Source: Eukaryota sp. TZLM1-RC
Taxonomy: Eukaryota; Protista; Metamonada: BaSk clade
Direction of reading: 5' to 3'
DNA: 64,000 nucleotides
Assembly: GCA_040285825.1 (NCBI GenBank)
Contig: JAUPSS010000008.1
Coordinates: forward strand, 620,001-684,000
Part shown: positions 22,654-34,554 of the stretch, piece after piece
How the letters are laid out: each line of letters starts with the position of its first letter
How positions within the stretch are numbered: position 1 is the stretch's first letter
The notes under the pieces: model-generated
What the model was told of the DNA's origin: nothing
Seen by the model: only the letters and a program-made list of their open reading frames with translations
Database searches by the model: none
Translations under genes and position numbers: made by a program

Positions 22654-23640
22654 TGTGAATTTTACTTATAAAGCATTCCCATGCGAAATTCACTCCTGTT
22701 TTCAACTTTCTCAATGTCTTATCACAGGCTGTAAGAGACATGTAGCGTCATTTGACAAAGACAATCATGATCTTCATCAATGGGTTACCTCACTTAAATA
22801 CACCTACTGCTTTCACAGAACAAAGCCTCGCGACTTGATGTATCTAAGTGGATCTACCAAATGCTACTAAGGTATTTGTAGATCGGTCTCCAAAGTTTTT
22901 CAAAATAACTAAAAAATACTAAAAAACTCAAAAACAATATCAGTTTTTCCAAAGTTTTTGTTTCTGTATGCTCAGGTTCCCATTCATCTCCTCAACAGAG
23001 CTTCTATGCAAATGTATCTTTCCGACCATAATCCCGCTTTCTTCTTAATTTGAATATTCTTTGCAGCGGAAATATTTCTGTCATATACTATTTGACACTC
23101 AGTACAAATACGCATCTGCCATGAGCCTGCTTGAATATTCTCGGCCATGCAACAACTGGACAGTTTGCTTGTATTAAATTCACTAGTTGACAAGTGCTTC
23201 ACATCCATTTGATAACACAATATATTTTCTGAAAGCGCTTTCTAATCCATATCGATCGACTTTTCGGCAATGAGGAAGGAAATTAGCAGAACCCACAGCA
23301 AGGTAGAGTTTTTCAGGATGTCCAGCCAGCCTTTGAAATTTTTTGAGACTCTCTCGGAACCGTCTCTCTTTTCGTCTGTGGTTATCAAACTTAATTATTT
23401 TCCATTTCTGGCGATTACTTTCCAAATACACTTTCCTCCTAACGAAATGCCAATGCTTCAAATATTGGTTGAAATTTTGAACGGAATACTGGGAAGAGTG
23501 TTTACTGAGTGAAGGTTTTGTCATGTATCTTCTGCCAGTTAGACAAGGGATAACTCCACATTGATTATCGTTTCAGAAGTGACCACATAATCTAGATTGT
23601 CCCAAATCAACGCTAATATGGGGCCTTTCAAATAAAATTT
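22654..23640 (-). mobile_element. Fanzor family A copy 2 (5'-truncated: RuvC half plus 3' tail)
   Basis: ISVDLGQSRL, LAVGSANF, STSEFNTSKLSSCC, CTECQIVYDRNISAAKNI; tail 22654-22983 matches copies 1 and 3. Confidence 0.88.
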
Positions 23641-24479
23641 CTATTTGTTCTTGATAATTGATACTTCTACTTCTAGGTTATTCGTACTTTGTTTTGTAAC
23701 CTTCATCAATCGTGACTCTTTGTAGTTATACCTGTAAATCTTCACTATTTACATGTGTTTCGTTCACTACCGCTTTATTCAGCGAAGCATTTCGGTCTCT
23801 AATCCAAAGAGATTAATATGATGTCCACTGATAAGCGTGTGATGGAATGACATTGGTTACATCTTCCATAGTTGTGACATTCTGCGCTATCTGTATACTT
23901 CATCTGAGTTTTTCTGGTTTTTTACTGTTGAATGTTCACCAACTAATCTCATGTCTCGCCGTTGAACAGATCAAATAACCAAATTACTTTTTGAACCAAA
24001 TTCTCAAAGCGTTTTTCTCTAGTTCCTGAAATTTCATCTATTTTTGATTAAAACAAACTCCAATTTTGACGACAACATGGTTAGCATTATGAATCATCAA
24101 TTTGAACTGTTGAATCATTTGACCTCAGATCTTTTGTTATTGATTTCACCCCGCAATCTCGGCTCGGTGCCACTTTGCTTTTACTCATTTTGTATCTACT
24201 GATTTAAATTTTCTGGAAAGTGTGGATTAAGACACAGCTAACCGACCAATACATCTAATAATAAACGTTCCAATAGATCTCTGTGGTTTTGATGGAGCAG
24301 AATTGCTATCGTGATTTTCAAAGGAACATTGATGAAGGGTATGTCTTGTGTTTGGAAAATGTTAGTTGAAGAAGTTTCAATGATGTTGCATAAAGAAAAA
24401 TTCTTCATGAAAAAATAACTTTACACATGTTAAAAATAAGCAACTACAACAAAAATCCAAATTTAAAATCTAAAAAAAA

Positions 24480-25238
24480 CTAAATAGAATAAGCTATAAG
24501 CAGCTGTGCTGACCAATAAGTAATCAAAACAACACACTGCATCAAGAAATAATACTGCTGACTCAATGGGTAAAAGTAAATGGTACCGAGTACACCATCA
24601 CTGACAAAAAATAGGCAAGATCCAGCCAAGGTGAAAAAGCTACTGATGCGAACTTTAGTATTTTTCTTGGTAGTGGTGGTGAAACGCGAAAGAGAACTGA
24701 AAATCATTGCAGAAATTATTGCCAAATAAACAACTGCTGCGACTCGGAGAGACAATGGTGCATGACGAACTACAAAGCCAAGATATGTGAGGTCCATTAG
24801 AATAATTACAGCAGCAAACTTCTTCTTTGCGACAGAATTTCTCATGAACGCAGCCACGAAATAGAGATGACCAATCAAGAATGATAAAACCCCCATGAAA
24901 AAGTAAATTCTATGTTCATCATAACTGAGGAAAATATCACCGATTAGGCCACAGCAGAGCCCAATGGTAATAGGGTATTGATAGGTGGGGGTTGAGAATT
25001 GGGAATGGTGTGTTCTGATGACAGCTATTCCAACAATCAATGTGGTGGTAATTGCTTTGAAACCACGCCAAGCACTGATACCTTGTTCTCGCAAGACAAG
25101 ACAAAGTGTTGCACTAATAATGACCAAGATCGTCACTATTATTTGCAAGGCTATCCTACGTTTTGGGAACTTTTTGCTAACAATGGGTGTGGATTCTTCA
25201 TTTAAAAGAGTATCAGAGCAATTGTTAATGGATGTCAT
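24480..25238 (-). CDS. YhhN/TMEM86 lysoplasmalogenase-like membrane protein
   Basis: Multi-TM protein with GDIFL, F.MG..SFLIGHL, YLAIISAM, G..LFFVSD, TYWSAQ motifs. Confidence 0.85.
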   Translation of the reverse strand: MTSINNCSDTLLNEESTPIVSKKFPKRRIALQIIVTILVIISATLCLVLREQGISAWRGFKAITTTLIVGIAVIRTHHSQFSTPTYQYPITIGLCCGLIGDIFLSYDEHRIYFFMGVLSFLIGHLYFVAAFMRNSVAKKKFAAVIILMDLTYLGFVVRHAPLSLRVAAVVYLAIISAMIFSSLSRFTTTTKKNTKVRISSFFTLAGSCLFFVSDGVLGTIYFYPLSQQYYFLMQCVVLITYWSAQLLIAYSI

Positions 25239-25286
25239 TGATTGAGTACCAACAGGGATAGAAGTGGAGTTGGGTTGAAATCAAAC

Positions 25287-26415
25287 TGAGAATTCCACAT
25301 CAAATGGTGTAAACGCCACAACAATGATGTAAACTGCTCAGTACCAAGGGTTAGAATACACTAAACACCTTGGAAATACGTTGATGAAAACAGCTACTAC
25401 TGTCTCTTTAGACATCTTACACGCCTTGGTCTTCGGAATGGTTCTTGCCTAGTGCCAGTGAAATACTCACTGATTGAAATCTCCAGCTGATTGAAATCTC
25501 CAGCTGATTTCTGGAGGCTGAAATGTCCCTATACCAGTTGGTCTGACATCGAGGGCAATCGAACTTAGCGTTATTTACCCTTCCGTCAACATTATATATC
25601 ATTCTATGGAAGACCTTACAGCAATTCACTTTTGCTGAGGCCATAATCTCGTCCCCCATTTGACGTTTACAAAGTTGAGAAATCTCTTTCTGGGGGATTT
25701 CACAGATTGACGAGATGTACCACCGCCGCCATTACGGAACCAAACTATAGTGTTTTTCCTTCAGACAAGCGTTTAATTTTGTTAATGAAACTAGTTAGTC
25801 TCTTTTGTCTTCGCATGAAAAAATCAAACTTATTTCTTTTAAGTTTTGTTCTTGCACCACACTGCAGGTTTCCACACATAATTGAAGAATATTCAGGCTG
25901 TTCCTCAGATTCAGAAACATAAGGTAAACTTATTTCAATCAGATACTCTTGAATGCTCTGAACGGAATAAGTATTAGGAGTTGCTTGAGTGAGAAGAGGA
26001 GGGTGATTTGATTTTCGTACTTATGGGTTTAGCAGCAGGCCAGAACCCTCAAACACAGGTGCAGAATTTCGGAAAGAACCAGCAGTCCAACCACAAAGAT
26101 TGGTGTGGTTGGGATCAATGGCTACAAAAAACAAATTTTCATCAGGATCTCTGTAATTGGGCTGTTCATCCGCTGGTAACCGTGGCCTTCGCTGTGTATT
26201 TGCTTTTTTATGGACATTACATATTCTTTTCCTTTCAGAGTTATGGAAATCATAATTTCCAAAGACACGCCTTGACTCAAATTCGCTGACTGTATATTTT
26301 TTTGCTGTCCGGGTGAACATGAACAGCGAAGAATCACCATTTGAAAACATTTTATGGTTAATAAATTTAAATTATTAAAAAACTGATAAGGGTTGTTCAA
26401 ACTTTTTGGTTTCAT
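25287..26415 (-). mobile_element. Fanzor family B copy 2 (frameshifted, 5'-truncated) with structured 3' tail
   Basis: FFVAIDPNHTNLCGWT, GDEIMASAKVNCC, CPRCQTNWYRDISASRNQ; a 17-bp tandem duplication near 25473-25508 disrupts the end; tail ends ...GGAATTCTCA at 25287. Confidence 0.85.
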
Positions 26416-26454
26416 TTAGCTTTGTGAAATATTTTTTTTAAAATTAATTTTTTT

Positions 26455-29169
26455 TATATAAATTGAAATTGATTTTCAACGCTAACAAAACATTAAACAA
26501 AAAACTAGAACTCAATATCCTCAATACACGCATCAACATCATCAAATCTCTTAAGCGCGCGATTTTCATACTCTATTCCTAATTGTAACAGTGCTTTGGT
26601 CAACATTTCTGGAATTGCTTTAAGAATACTGAAAACAATTCTATTGTGCCAGAAACTGAAGTTCAATTCTTTTCCTGCTCTTTCTTTTATTCAACTTCTG
26701 AAACCTTCAAGAAATTTAATGCCAGATATTCCAATGTTACCAAAAAGAGAAACAGCAAATGGAACCAACTGATACTTGACATGCTCAACACGTCCTAGCT
26801 GAGATAAGGGTTCATTGTACTTTTGGATTTTGCTCTTTTCAGCAAAGCAAAGTGGAGTTTCATCTCTTTTAGCAAAATCAATTGCTGAGTCTATAAAAAC
26901 GTCAACAGTAACAACGTCAACAACTTTAGTAACACCATCAGAAGCAGGGGTAATTAAATCAGCACGGCGTTTCCCAAAAGTATTTTCATCTTCATTTTCA
27001 GATGACAACCTTCGCACAAGTGTTTCAACAAAAGCTTCAATGTGATGACTTTTGCACATAGCGTATAGTTGGTCTCTAACAGCATCGTGAACAACTGAGC
27101 GATATGTAATATTAAATTTGCAATTAAATAAATGATTCAGATTAATGAGCTGACCACAACGACAAATCAAATCATTTGGCACACTACATGGCCACAGAAA
27201 ACATCTCATCCTGAATGCAGTTGTCCATTGATGATCATTTAATAATAGACCATATACATTTGGAATCTGGGAAATAAGACAACTTGAGCTACTATCCTTG
27301 AGGTCAATTAAAAAGTTTGCAAAAACGGGATTCTTTTCTTTAGCCAAGCTAAGACGAACAGTGAAATCCAAGTTTTCAAAAACTTTTAATATCTTTTTCT
27401 GCAATTTAGCATATGTGTTGTTGTTGAACTCAAATTGAATTAGTAGGTTTCTTTGTATTTCGACTGATGACGTGATACTCATTTATGAATCAGTTTTATT
27501 AATAAACAACAGATTTCTCTCTCTCCCCTTCGTGTGTTCATCTGCCTAACGGCATCATATGCAAATTTCAAGGAAATCAAACTCCTGGGTGGAATTTCTT
27601 GAATATCAGCAGGAAAGCATTTGGACCATATGTGAGGAGAGATGCATTCAATTTCACTCTGCAAGGACACTAAATAGTCACTAACACAACATTCTATTAA
27701 ATGCTGGTTTTCAGGGAAACGTTTCAAAAATTCAAAAACGAAATTTTTTCCTCCACCGATGAATGCGGGTTTACACAAATATTTTGATTTGTGAAAATCT
27801 AGGCCTCCCAATTCTGTGCTACAAAAAATATGACTACGTAAAAAAGAAGAATCAATATCGAGCAAATTAGCCAAAAAAATTTGTTCTTAATTCATTAAAA
27901 ATTCTGCAAAATTCGAGAGAAAAAGATGGTGATGTTGATCGTAAAATATGAGTAAATTTCCCTGAATAACAAATTCTGAGGAAGAAAAATTTAAGATGTT
28001 TTTCAATATTTAAATCTGAAAGAACCATCAATTCTTCTTCAAAATTATCCAAAAGAGACGAAAGTTGATTTCAAATTTCATCAAAGTTGCCTAAATAACA
28101 ACCTAAAAAACGAAATCCTGATTCAAAATAATTGATAAAAGGAACACTTTGATCATCAATAATGAGATCAGCAGGCTCTCTACCAATCAATAAACATTTA
28201 AAAATATTTAGAGAAAGACCAATTTGATAATAGCGCTGTTGAACAATTTCAGCAATTGTTCTCAATGAATCAATTGGACCAATTATTGATATGTCATCCA
28301 TATAAGCAGTTATATGAACATCTGGAAATTCTTGTTTTAATTCACACATTGAAGGATGGATAGCAAGGCAGAAAAAGAAAGGACCTAATGGATCACCTTG
28401 TTTGACACCAGATGATGATATTAGATTGAATTCCTCATAAACAAGAGTCGACTGTGAGCCATAAAAATTGTAGAAGAACGACTCAGCTTCTGGAAAATGA
28501 GTTTGAAGCAAGGGCAAGATGGACGACCTCTTCACTGCATTGAAAGCGTTTTTAAAATCTAAATTAAAAATATAATTCGAAGTATTGGAATTAAAAAAGA
28601 CATCAGAAGAGAGTGCTGCAGAAGATGCACCATCAACTGATTTAATTCCAAATTGGAAAGGACTAAAAAAATCTTTAGCTTTTTTACCAATTCTGCCAAA
28701 CACAGCTGAAGCAAGAATACGAGACAAAGATTCACCAATTGCAATAGGCCTTATTTTTGATTCATTGTGAAATAAGCTTCGGCTTTTTTATCCAAACTGC
28801 AGAAGCAGAGAGAGAGTGTCTTTTCATAACCTCACAACAGTTATTTTCTAAAAAGTCAAAGTATTCAAACCTGATTGAAAAAATTGTGACCGCAGTTCCC
28901 ACTTTGATGGTTAATCGTTGATTTCTGATTGAGGTTTGCAAAAGATTGTGACCCCAACCAAAATAGGCATTTGCTGTCATACTAAGGCAGTGGGTCAAGA
29001 TATGCTGGTGCATTTTTCATAAAACGCGCAAAGTTTGTGGACTTTGTGGATGCCCAGGCCCCAATCGAAGACATTGTCCAAGAAACACATAAGAACAATA
29101 CAATGGGGTAGAATTTAGAGGACAACATCAATAAAGACTCTTACTATAGTACAACTTTTAAAGACACTA
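26455..29169 (-). mobile_element. CRE-clade-like non-LTR retrotransposon family R1, defective copy carrying a solo LTR
   Basis: RT motifs RPIAIGE, QFG, LDFKNAFN, GVKQGDPLGP, YMDD, FLG; CRCG...H..NC zinc finger; RLE RRADL...VDV; nearly identical to 34555-37119. Confidence 0.92.
27416..27557 (+). repeat. Solo LTR (142 bp, TG...CA) with 4-bp TSD TATG
   Basis: Matches the LTRs at 42072-42211 and 43035-43174; the empty site TTTAGCATATGCAAAT is visible in the sister retro copy at ~35501. Confidence 0.92.
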
Positions 29170-29336
29170 ACACTATCAAGCAACCAGTGATAGCATTTTT
29201 TAGGTCATAAATGCAGAATTTGATTGATGCACAATCATTTTTTTGGTAAACAATCATCTATTTTCAATCAAATGGTGGATTTAGATGACCCCATAATAAT
29301 TTTCAGAATATTTTTCCAAATTGATCCCGTTCAGAA

Positions 29337-31043
29337 ATGCACGTTTTGGATCTCTTAGATGGCAGTGAACCTCCATCCGAGGTTTCCAGTGTAGTCCTTG
29401 ATTCTTTTGGTTTAACCTCATTAACAGGCCTCTCTCAACTTCCAATGCTTAAACGATGTGACTTATCTTTCAACAAACTCTCTACTGTGGACTTTTGCCA
29501 CGAAACTTCATGTCTCCTTATTGAACTTTATTTGACATACAATGACCTAACCTCCATGGACTCCTTTTCATCTTTAAACCTCTCAAAGCTTGTCATCCTT
29601 GATCTCTCTTACAACAAACTTACCAGCATTTCAAACCTTGGCCGTGCTTTCTCTCTTCACACTCTCAATTTGTCCAACAACTTTTTGTCTGAAGTACATC
29701 AACCATTCATTCAATGCTCACCTCTGCGACTGCTTGACCTTTCCTACAATGACATTACGTCTATCTCCACTGAGGTCATTTCATCTTTTCCTTCTTCACT
29801 TCAAGAACTCTGCCTCAACAACAACCATTTAACCTCTCTCCCCTCCATTTCCCACCTGTCTTCTCTTACTTATTTAGATGTATCTTCGAACATGCTATCT
29901 TGTACGTCGTTTCTGTCTTCCTCCCTTCCTTTTCTTGACCAGCTGTATATCGATAATCAAGCAACTGATCTCACCTCGATTGATCTGCCCTACTTGCCTG
30001 CACTATCTCTTTTATCTTTAACTAATAATTCTATTTTGGCATTACCAAATTTGGTAACCATTTGTCCCCACTTGGAAGTTTTGTTGCTATCCAAAAATTC
30101 TTTTGTTGACTTTAAATCCATTGCTCCTGTTGTGTGTAATTTGACTTCTTTATTCAGATTAGATATTGATTTAAAAAACACGTCAATTGATTTGGTGTCG
30201 AATTTTCTTCCTGGATTAGAGATACTAAATGGAGATTATATCACTGAAATCGACGAATTAGATGCAAATAAGGAGATTGAGAGCCAACTATCTCAAGAAA
30301 TTTCTTCCCAGCTTACCATGATCCAATCTTTTAAATCAATATGTGATTCATTGGAGGATTTTTGCGAGGATGTTTCTCACAGAAAGTCATTGTTAAAAAG
30401 TTCATCTCCATCTAACCTATGTAATCCTTCTCCGATTAGACCTATTTCAGCCAAGCCTGTCTGCGATATTAATATTCCTTTAAGCTCCTCCCCCATCAAC
30501 AAGAGATCTCCTCTACACAGACGACACTCGTACACTGAAGGAATGGAGGAAGAACTTGGTGAGTTGACTATTGATTTTGATGATGATGATATGGACATCG
30601 GGGAAGAAGACATCATTGATGATGTTTATCATGTTGAAGGTCAGCTGAAAAGACTGTTGGGAGAGGTAGCTGTCGATCTTTCAGTATTGGCATCCCCTAA
30701 CGTTGGCAATAGAAAAAGATTACTGTCTGCTCCTGCTGTTCTTGATCAAAGTACCAATCAAAAAATGATTGATGGAGAAGTTGCCATGTATAGCAATCAC
30801 CACACTCCAATGCCACTCACATCACGTTCTCCTCAACCATCCTCCACCTCCCCAGTTTCAATGATGGCAGCCAGTAGAGGGAAGACTTCACCTCTTGAAG
30901 CAGCAGAAGATGGATTACGAAAGATGAGAAGAACGGCAAGTAAAAAAGCAAGGAGAGTGCCAGGAATGCATCCAAAGGTAAGAAGTAGATCTAAAAATCA
31001 ACAAAAGGGTGAAGACCACTCTTATTTATTTAGTTGGGGCTAG
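29337..31043 (+). CDS. Leucine-rich repeat protein
   Basis: About ten LxxLxLSxNxL repeats followed by a low-complexity acidic/basic tail. Confidence 0.85.
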   Translation: MHVLDLLDGSEPPSEVSSVVLDSFGLTSLTGLSQLPMLKRCDLSFNKLSTVDFCHETSCLLIELYLTYNDLTSMDSFSSLNLSKLVILDLSYNKLTSISNLGRAFSLHTLNLSNNFLSEVHQPFIQCSPLRLLDLSYNDITSISTEVISSFPSSLQELCLNNNHLTSLPSISHLSSLTYLDVSSNMLSCTSFLSSSLPFLDQLYIDNQATDLTSIDLPYLPALSLLSLTNNSILALPNLVTICPHLEVLLLSKNSFVDFKSIAPVVCNLTSLFRLDIDLKNTSIDLVSNFLPGLEILNGDYITEIDELDANKEIESQLSQEISSQLTMIQSFKSICDSLEDFCEDVSHRKSLLKSSSPSNLCNPSPIRPISAKPVCDINIPLSSSPINKRSPLHRRHSYTEGMEEELGELTIDFDDDDMDIGEEDIIDDVYHVEGQLKRLLGEVAVDLSVLASPNVGNRKRLLSAPAVLDQSTNQKMIDGEVAMYSNHHTPMPLTSRSPQPSSTSPVSMMAASRGKTSPLEAAEDGLRKMRRTASKKARRVPGMHPKVRSRSKNQQKGEDHSYLFSWG

Positions 31044-31934
31044 TTTCGATGGTATTAAGTTACTTCATTGAGACAGTGTGAATTTTATAAAACAGCATAA
31101 CTTTTGGTATAATTAATTGTACAAAGCAGATATTCAATTGGTAAAGTTAAAACCAATAGGGGATTGAGATAACCATGTTTTTATTAAAATTTTTCCCCGT
31201 TTAACTCAAGATCTGGATCAGCTACAGTTTTCGAAAACGCCATTTTCCTATATTGATGATTTCATAATAGACTTTGTTATCATATTCATGTTAAACTTCG
31301 TATTAAAATTCACCACTTTGTGTACAAGAACCATGTAAAGTTCGCATTGTATATAAAACCGATTTTTAGTTTTTAATATCGTTTATTCTCTCACCATTCT
31401 TAAACATATATGTCACCTAAACGTTAATCAACTACTTTAGCAACTAGGAAACGTAAAACTAGATGTAGAGCTTCTGCATTTACTCCAAAGACCAAAAAAC
31501 CCTCGTGTGACTTCAGAGCGATCTGAGACTATTCCACAATCGTCCATTAATGACTCTTTTCCACAAGATGATCTGCATTGGGATGAAACTGCAGAACAAA
31601 ATATTGATCTTAAATCATTAGAAAAGTTTCGTTCCGATAATGTCAATTTATGGTGTCGTGACTTTGAAACAAATCCTGAAATTGAGTACAAACAAATAGT
31701 GCAATATTTCACAATTTTTGGCCACTTGTGAGTACCAAAAAGACAACGCAAAACAAAGATTAGTCAAAATAGACAAACAAACATATCGCCAATTCTATTC
31801 TAAGATCTAAAAGATCAGAAAGTGATATTGATAAAACTGTACGACGGACATATTTATTATTCAAATTATTTTTCTTGGATTGCTTTTCCAAACATGAGAA
31901 ACCAGTGATGTTTTCCAAAAACCACAGCTCACTT

Positions 31935-32590
31935 AGCGCCACTCTGAATTGTTCGAAATTGGTAACTTATCGTTCTTTATTACATGCTGCTATTATAGTC
32001 ATTCTTTTTAATATAGCACGAAGTGTAATAATTTCTTGTGTCAAAAAGCCTCTGGTAAAAGAAACACTGTCATTGAATAATTTTGGTTCTGATGATAGAG
32101 GTGATATACACTGTCATTGGATTGAGAACTCTGAAGCTGTTGTTGAATTTGTTTCCTGTAATGTTGCAAATGACACTTTGGTTCAAAGAAAAAACTCAAG
32201 CCTGTAGATGCTCTCGAACTTAAAGCTAAAAAAAAACATAGAAAATAGGACAAAGACATCGAAGAAGCTAATGTTGATAGAAATAGACCACTTGTTTTAT
32301 TGCTTTTGCATTTTCGATAAACGGAAGACTATCAGTAGAAGCAGGAACTTTTTTGAATGATTTCCAAAAAATGGTCCAAGAAAAAACAAAGAACACACTT
32401 GATATCTGTTTATGGCGCTCTTGAATTCAATTTGCAATAACTAATAATTTGCTTTGGTTTTTCAATCGAATTAGAGAAGCTTCTGCGAGACAGCAAGTAG
32501 ATCAAGATTCTGCAGAGGAAATCATGGTTCAATGAATTTCGTTCCATTAGTTATAAGTTTAATTTGCTAAGTGTGGAAGCTTAATAAATA
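31935..32590 (+). mobile_element. Non-LTR retrotransposon family R3, 3' fragment
   Basis: LNCSKLVTYRSLLH, SDDRGD, EFVSCNV RLE segment; 3' UTR shared with the other R3 copies. Confidence 0.85.
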
Positions 32591-34285
32591 TTAATTGAGT
32601 CAAAATATCAGACAAACTTTCATTATACTCACCATCATCTAAATTAATCTCACACCGAAATTTATCTAGTTGCTGAGCAAAATCTTTTTCACTACAGGAA
32701 GTTCATTCTACAATGCCAATGAGGTGGTTCAATTCTGTTATTAACTATGGCTTCAGCATTTAGTAAAGTTCGGTGCTATTCGTCAAATAAAATAACTAAA
32801 CGGTCAGGTGCCAATAGCCCAAGTTGTTGTAACGTGCCTACCCCAATTACAAATTTGTTCGAGCTGTGCATAATTGGGAAAACATGTTTTATTGAAACTT
32901 GGTTCGCGATGCTCCCGACATTGAACGTTAGAATGCTTTGTGCACTTTCAAACGACACATTACTAGCAGGGATGAAGTGTGTTATGTCGTTTTCATTTAT
33001 GGACATTGAGCACATATTTGCTAGAAATAAGAAAATGACAGAACAACATGCAGCTATGTACATCATACCTTTTATGACAGTACTGTTAATTCTAACGTGA
33101 AGTTTTGAAAATTGAGGCTGCTGGGATCTGTTGTGATTAACACAAGCTGCAAATTCTCCTCCTCGATTGCATAATTCTTTTTTTAAACCCTATATACTCG
33201 AATATTTATTATTTTTATTGGTTTAAAAAAAAGAGAGTGGATTTAATTGCTTCAGCAGTATGTTGTGACCGATCAGTTGTATATATTTGATTCGGTTGAA
33301 GAGCTGCAGAATGTGAAGATTCGTTGATTAGAAATATATATTTACGTGATGTATTACTTCTATTACCACAGCCGCCTCGGGTCCTTAAAACTACATCGAC
33401 CTCTACTACGGCCTTTCTGACTCTACAGTCTTCTATAGTCCTCTTCGTGCCAGCTGAGGAGTGATATTCACCCGTCTCCGGTTTGGGTTTGGATGCAGCT
33501 TGCCTCAATAGCTGATCATTTCTCTAATTTGCGCCACTTCCATTCAATAAGTCAAAAAATGTGTAAGGTTGAGAAGCGGGTCTCATCTCAACGAGTTCTG
33601 GATTTGATGATGATGGGTAGTATTCGTGAGTTTCTCTAACTACCGTATAGATTTCTCTGGCAGCACATGTTTCCTCATGTGAATTGTCCAAACCTGGTCT
33701 AAACCAGTCTAGGAGCAGATGGACATTCTCGGGTCGGTAAAGTTGACCGGAGAAGTCTCGCTCGTATTCGATAATTTCTAATCGCAGTTTTCAATGTCAT
33801 GGTACTTGGACGAATCTGATAATAAGGACTTTACGTAGTCCGCTGGCTTTTTTTGCTGTCTTACTTAGCCATTGTTGCGAGAAGCGCTTCTATCTCTTGA
33901 CTTTTGACAGGAAGGTTATCCTGTGTCAATTTGGCCGTCGTCAGAGCTGTATTAGCCGATGAGTGGCGTTTTGATTGGGAGGGAATACCTCCGAATGAGT
34001 TAGGCTTGGGATGATGTTTTGACCCGAACTTGGGTAATGTGAAGGGTGATGGGGATTCCCGCTCGTTCTCAAAAGCAGTGGGGTTTTGACCCGAACTTAA
34101 TTGGCTTTGAGTGAGGTGACAAACACATACACTCGTTTCGTTATCTGAAATACACATGGTACCTGAAAAAATGTTGAAAACAGGGTGAGAACGATCTCTT
34201 CTGGAAGATGTCTGAAGTGTTCTGACTGTTTACAGCGCTGTTGTTGTATTCTGTTTGTCGTGCATGAAACTCACTATAATTATTG

Positions 34286-34402
34286 TTGGCTGAAGGCATA
34301 TCTGCTAGCGGTATGTGTTAGTGTAAAGGTTACGCAAGGCGGGTTAGGATAAAGATAATTTTATTTAAACCTATACAATATATAATAAGGTACTCACTAG
34401 TG
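34286..34402 (-). repeat. Dispersed ~120-bp repeat (inverted copy at ~46522-46640)
   Basis: CTAGTGAGTACC...ATTATCTTTATCCTAACC...GCTAGCA.ATATGCCTTC is shared by the two sites. Confidence 0.7.
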
Positions 34403-34554
34403 AAATAACAAAAATAACATGCTATTTGAACAGAAAACTAATGAAGATGTGAAAAGAACAATGTTGTTGAGAAAGTTTGAAGTAGGATTTGTCCCCATGT
34501 ATATAAGAATGAGTCGAGTTGAGTAAATACTCGAATAAGTTTCATTTCTTTTTA

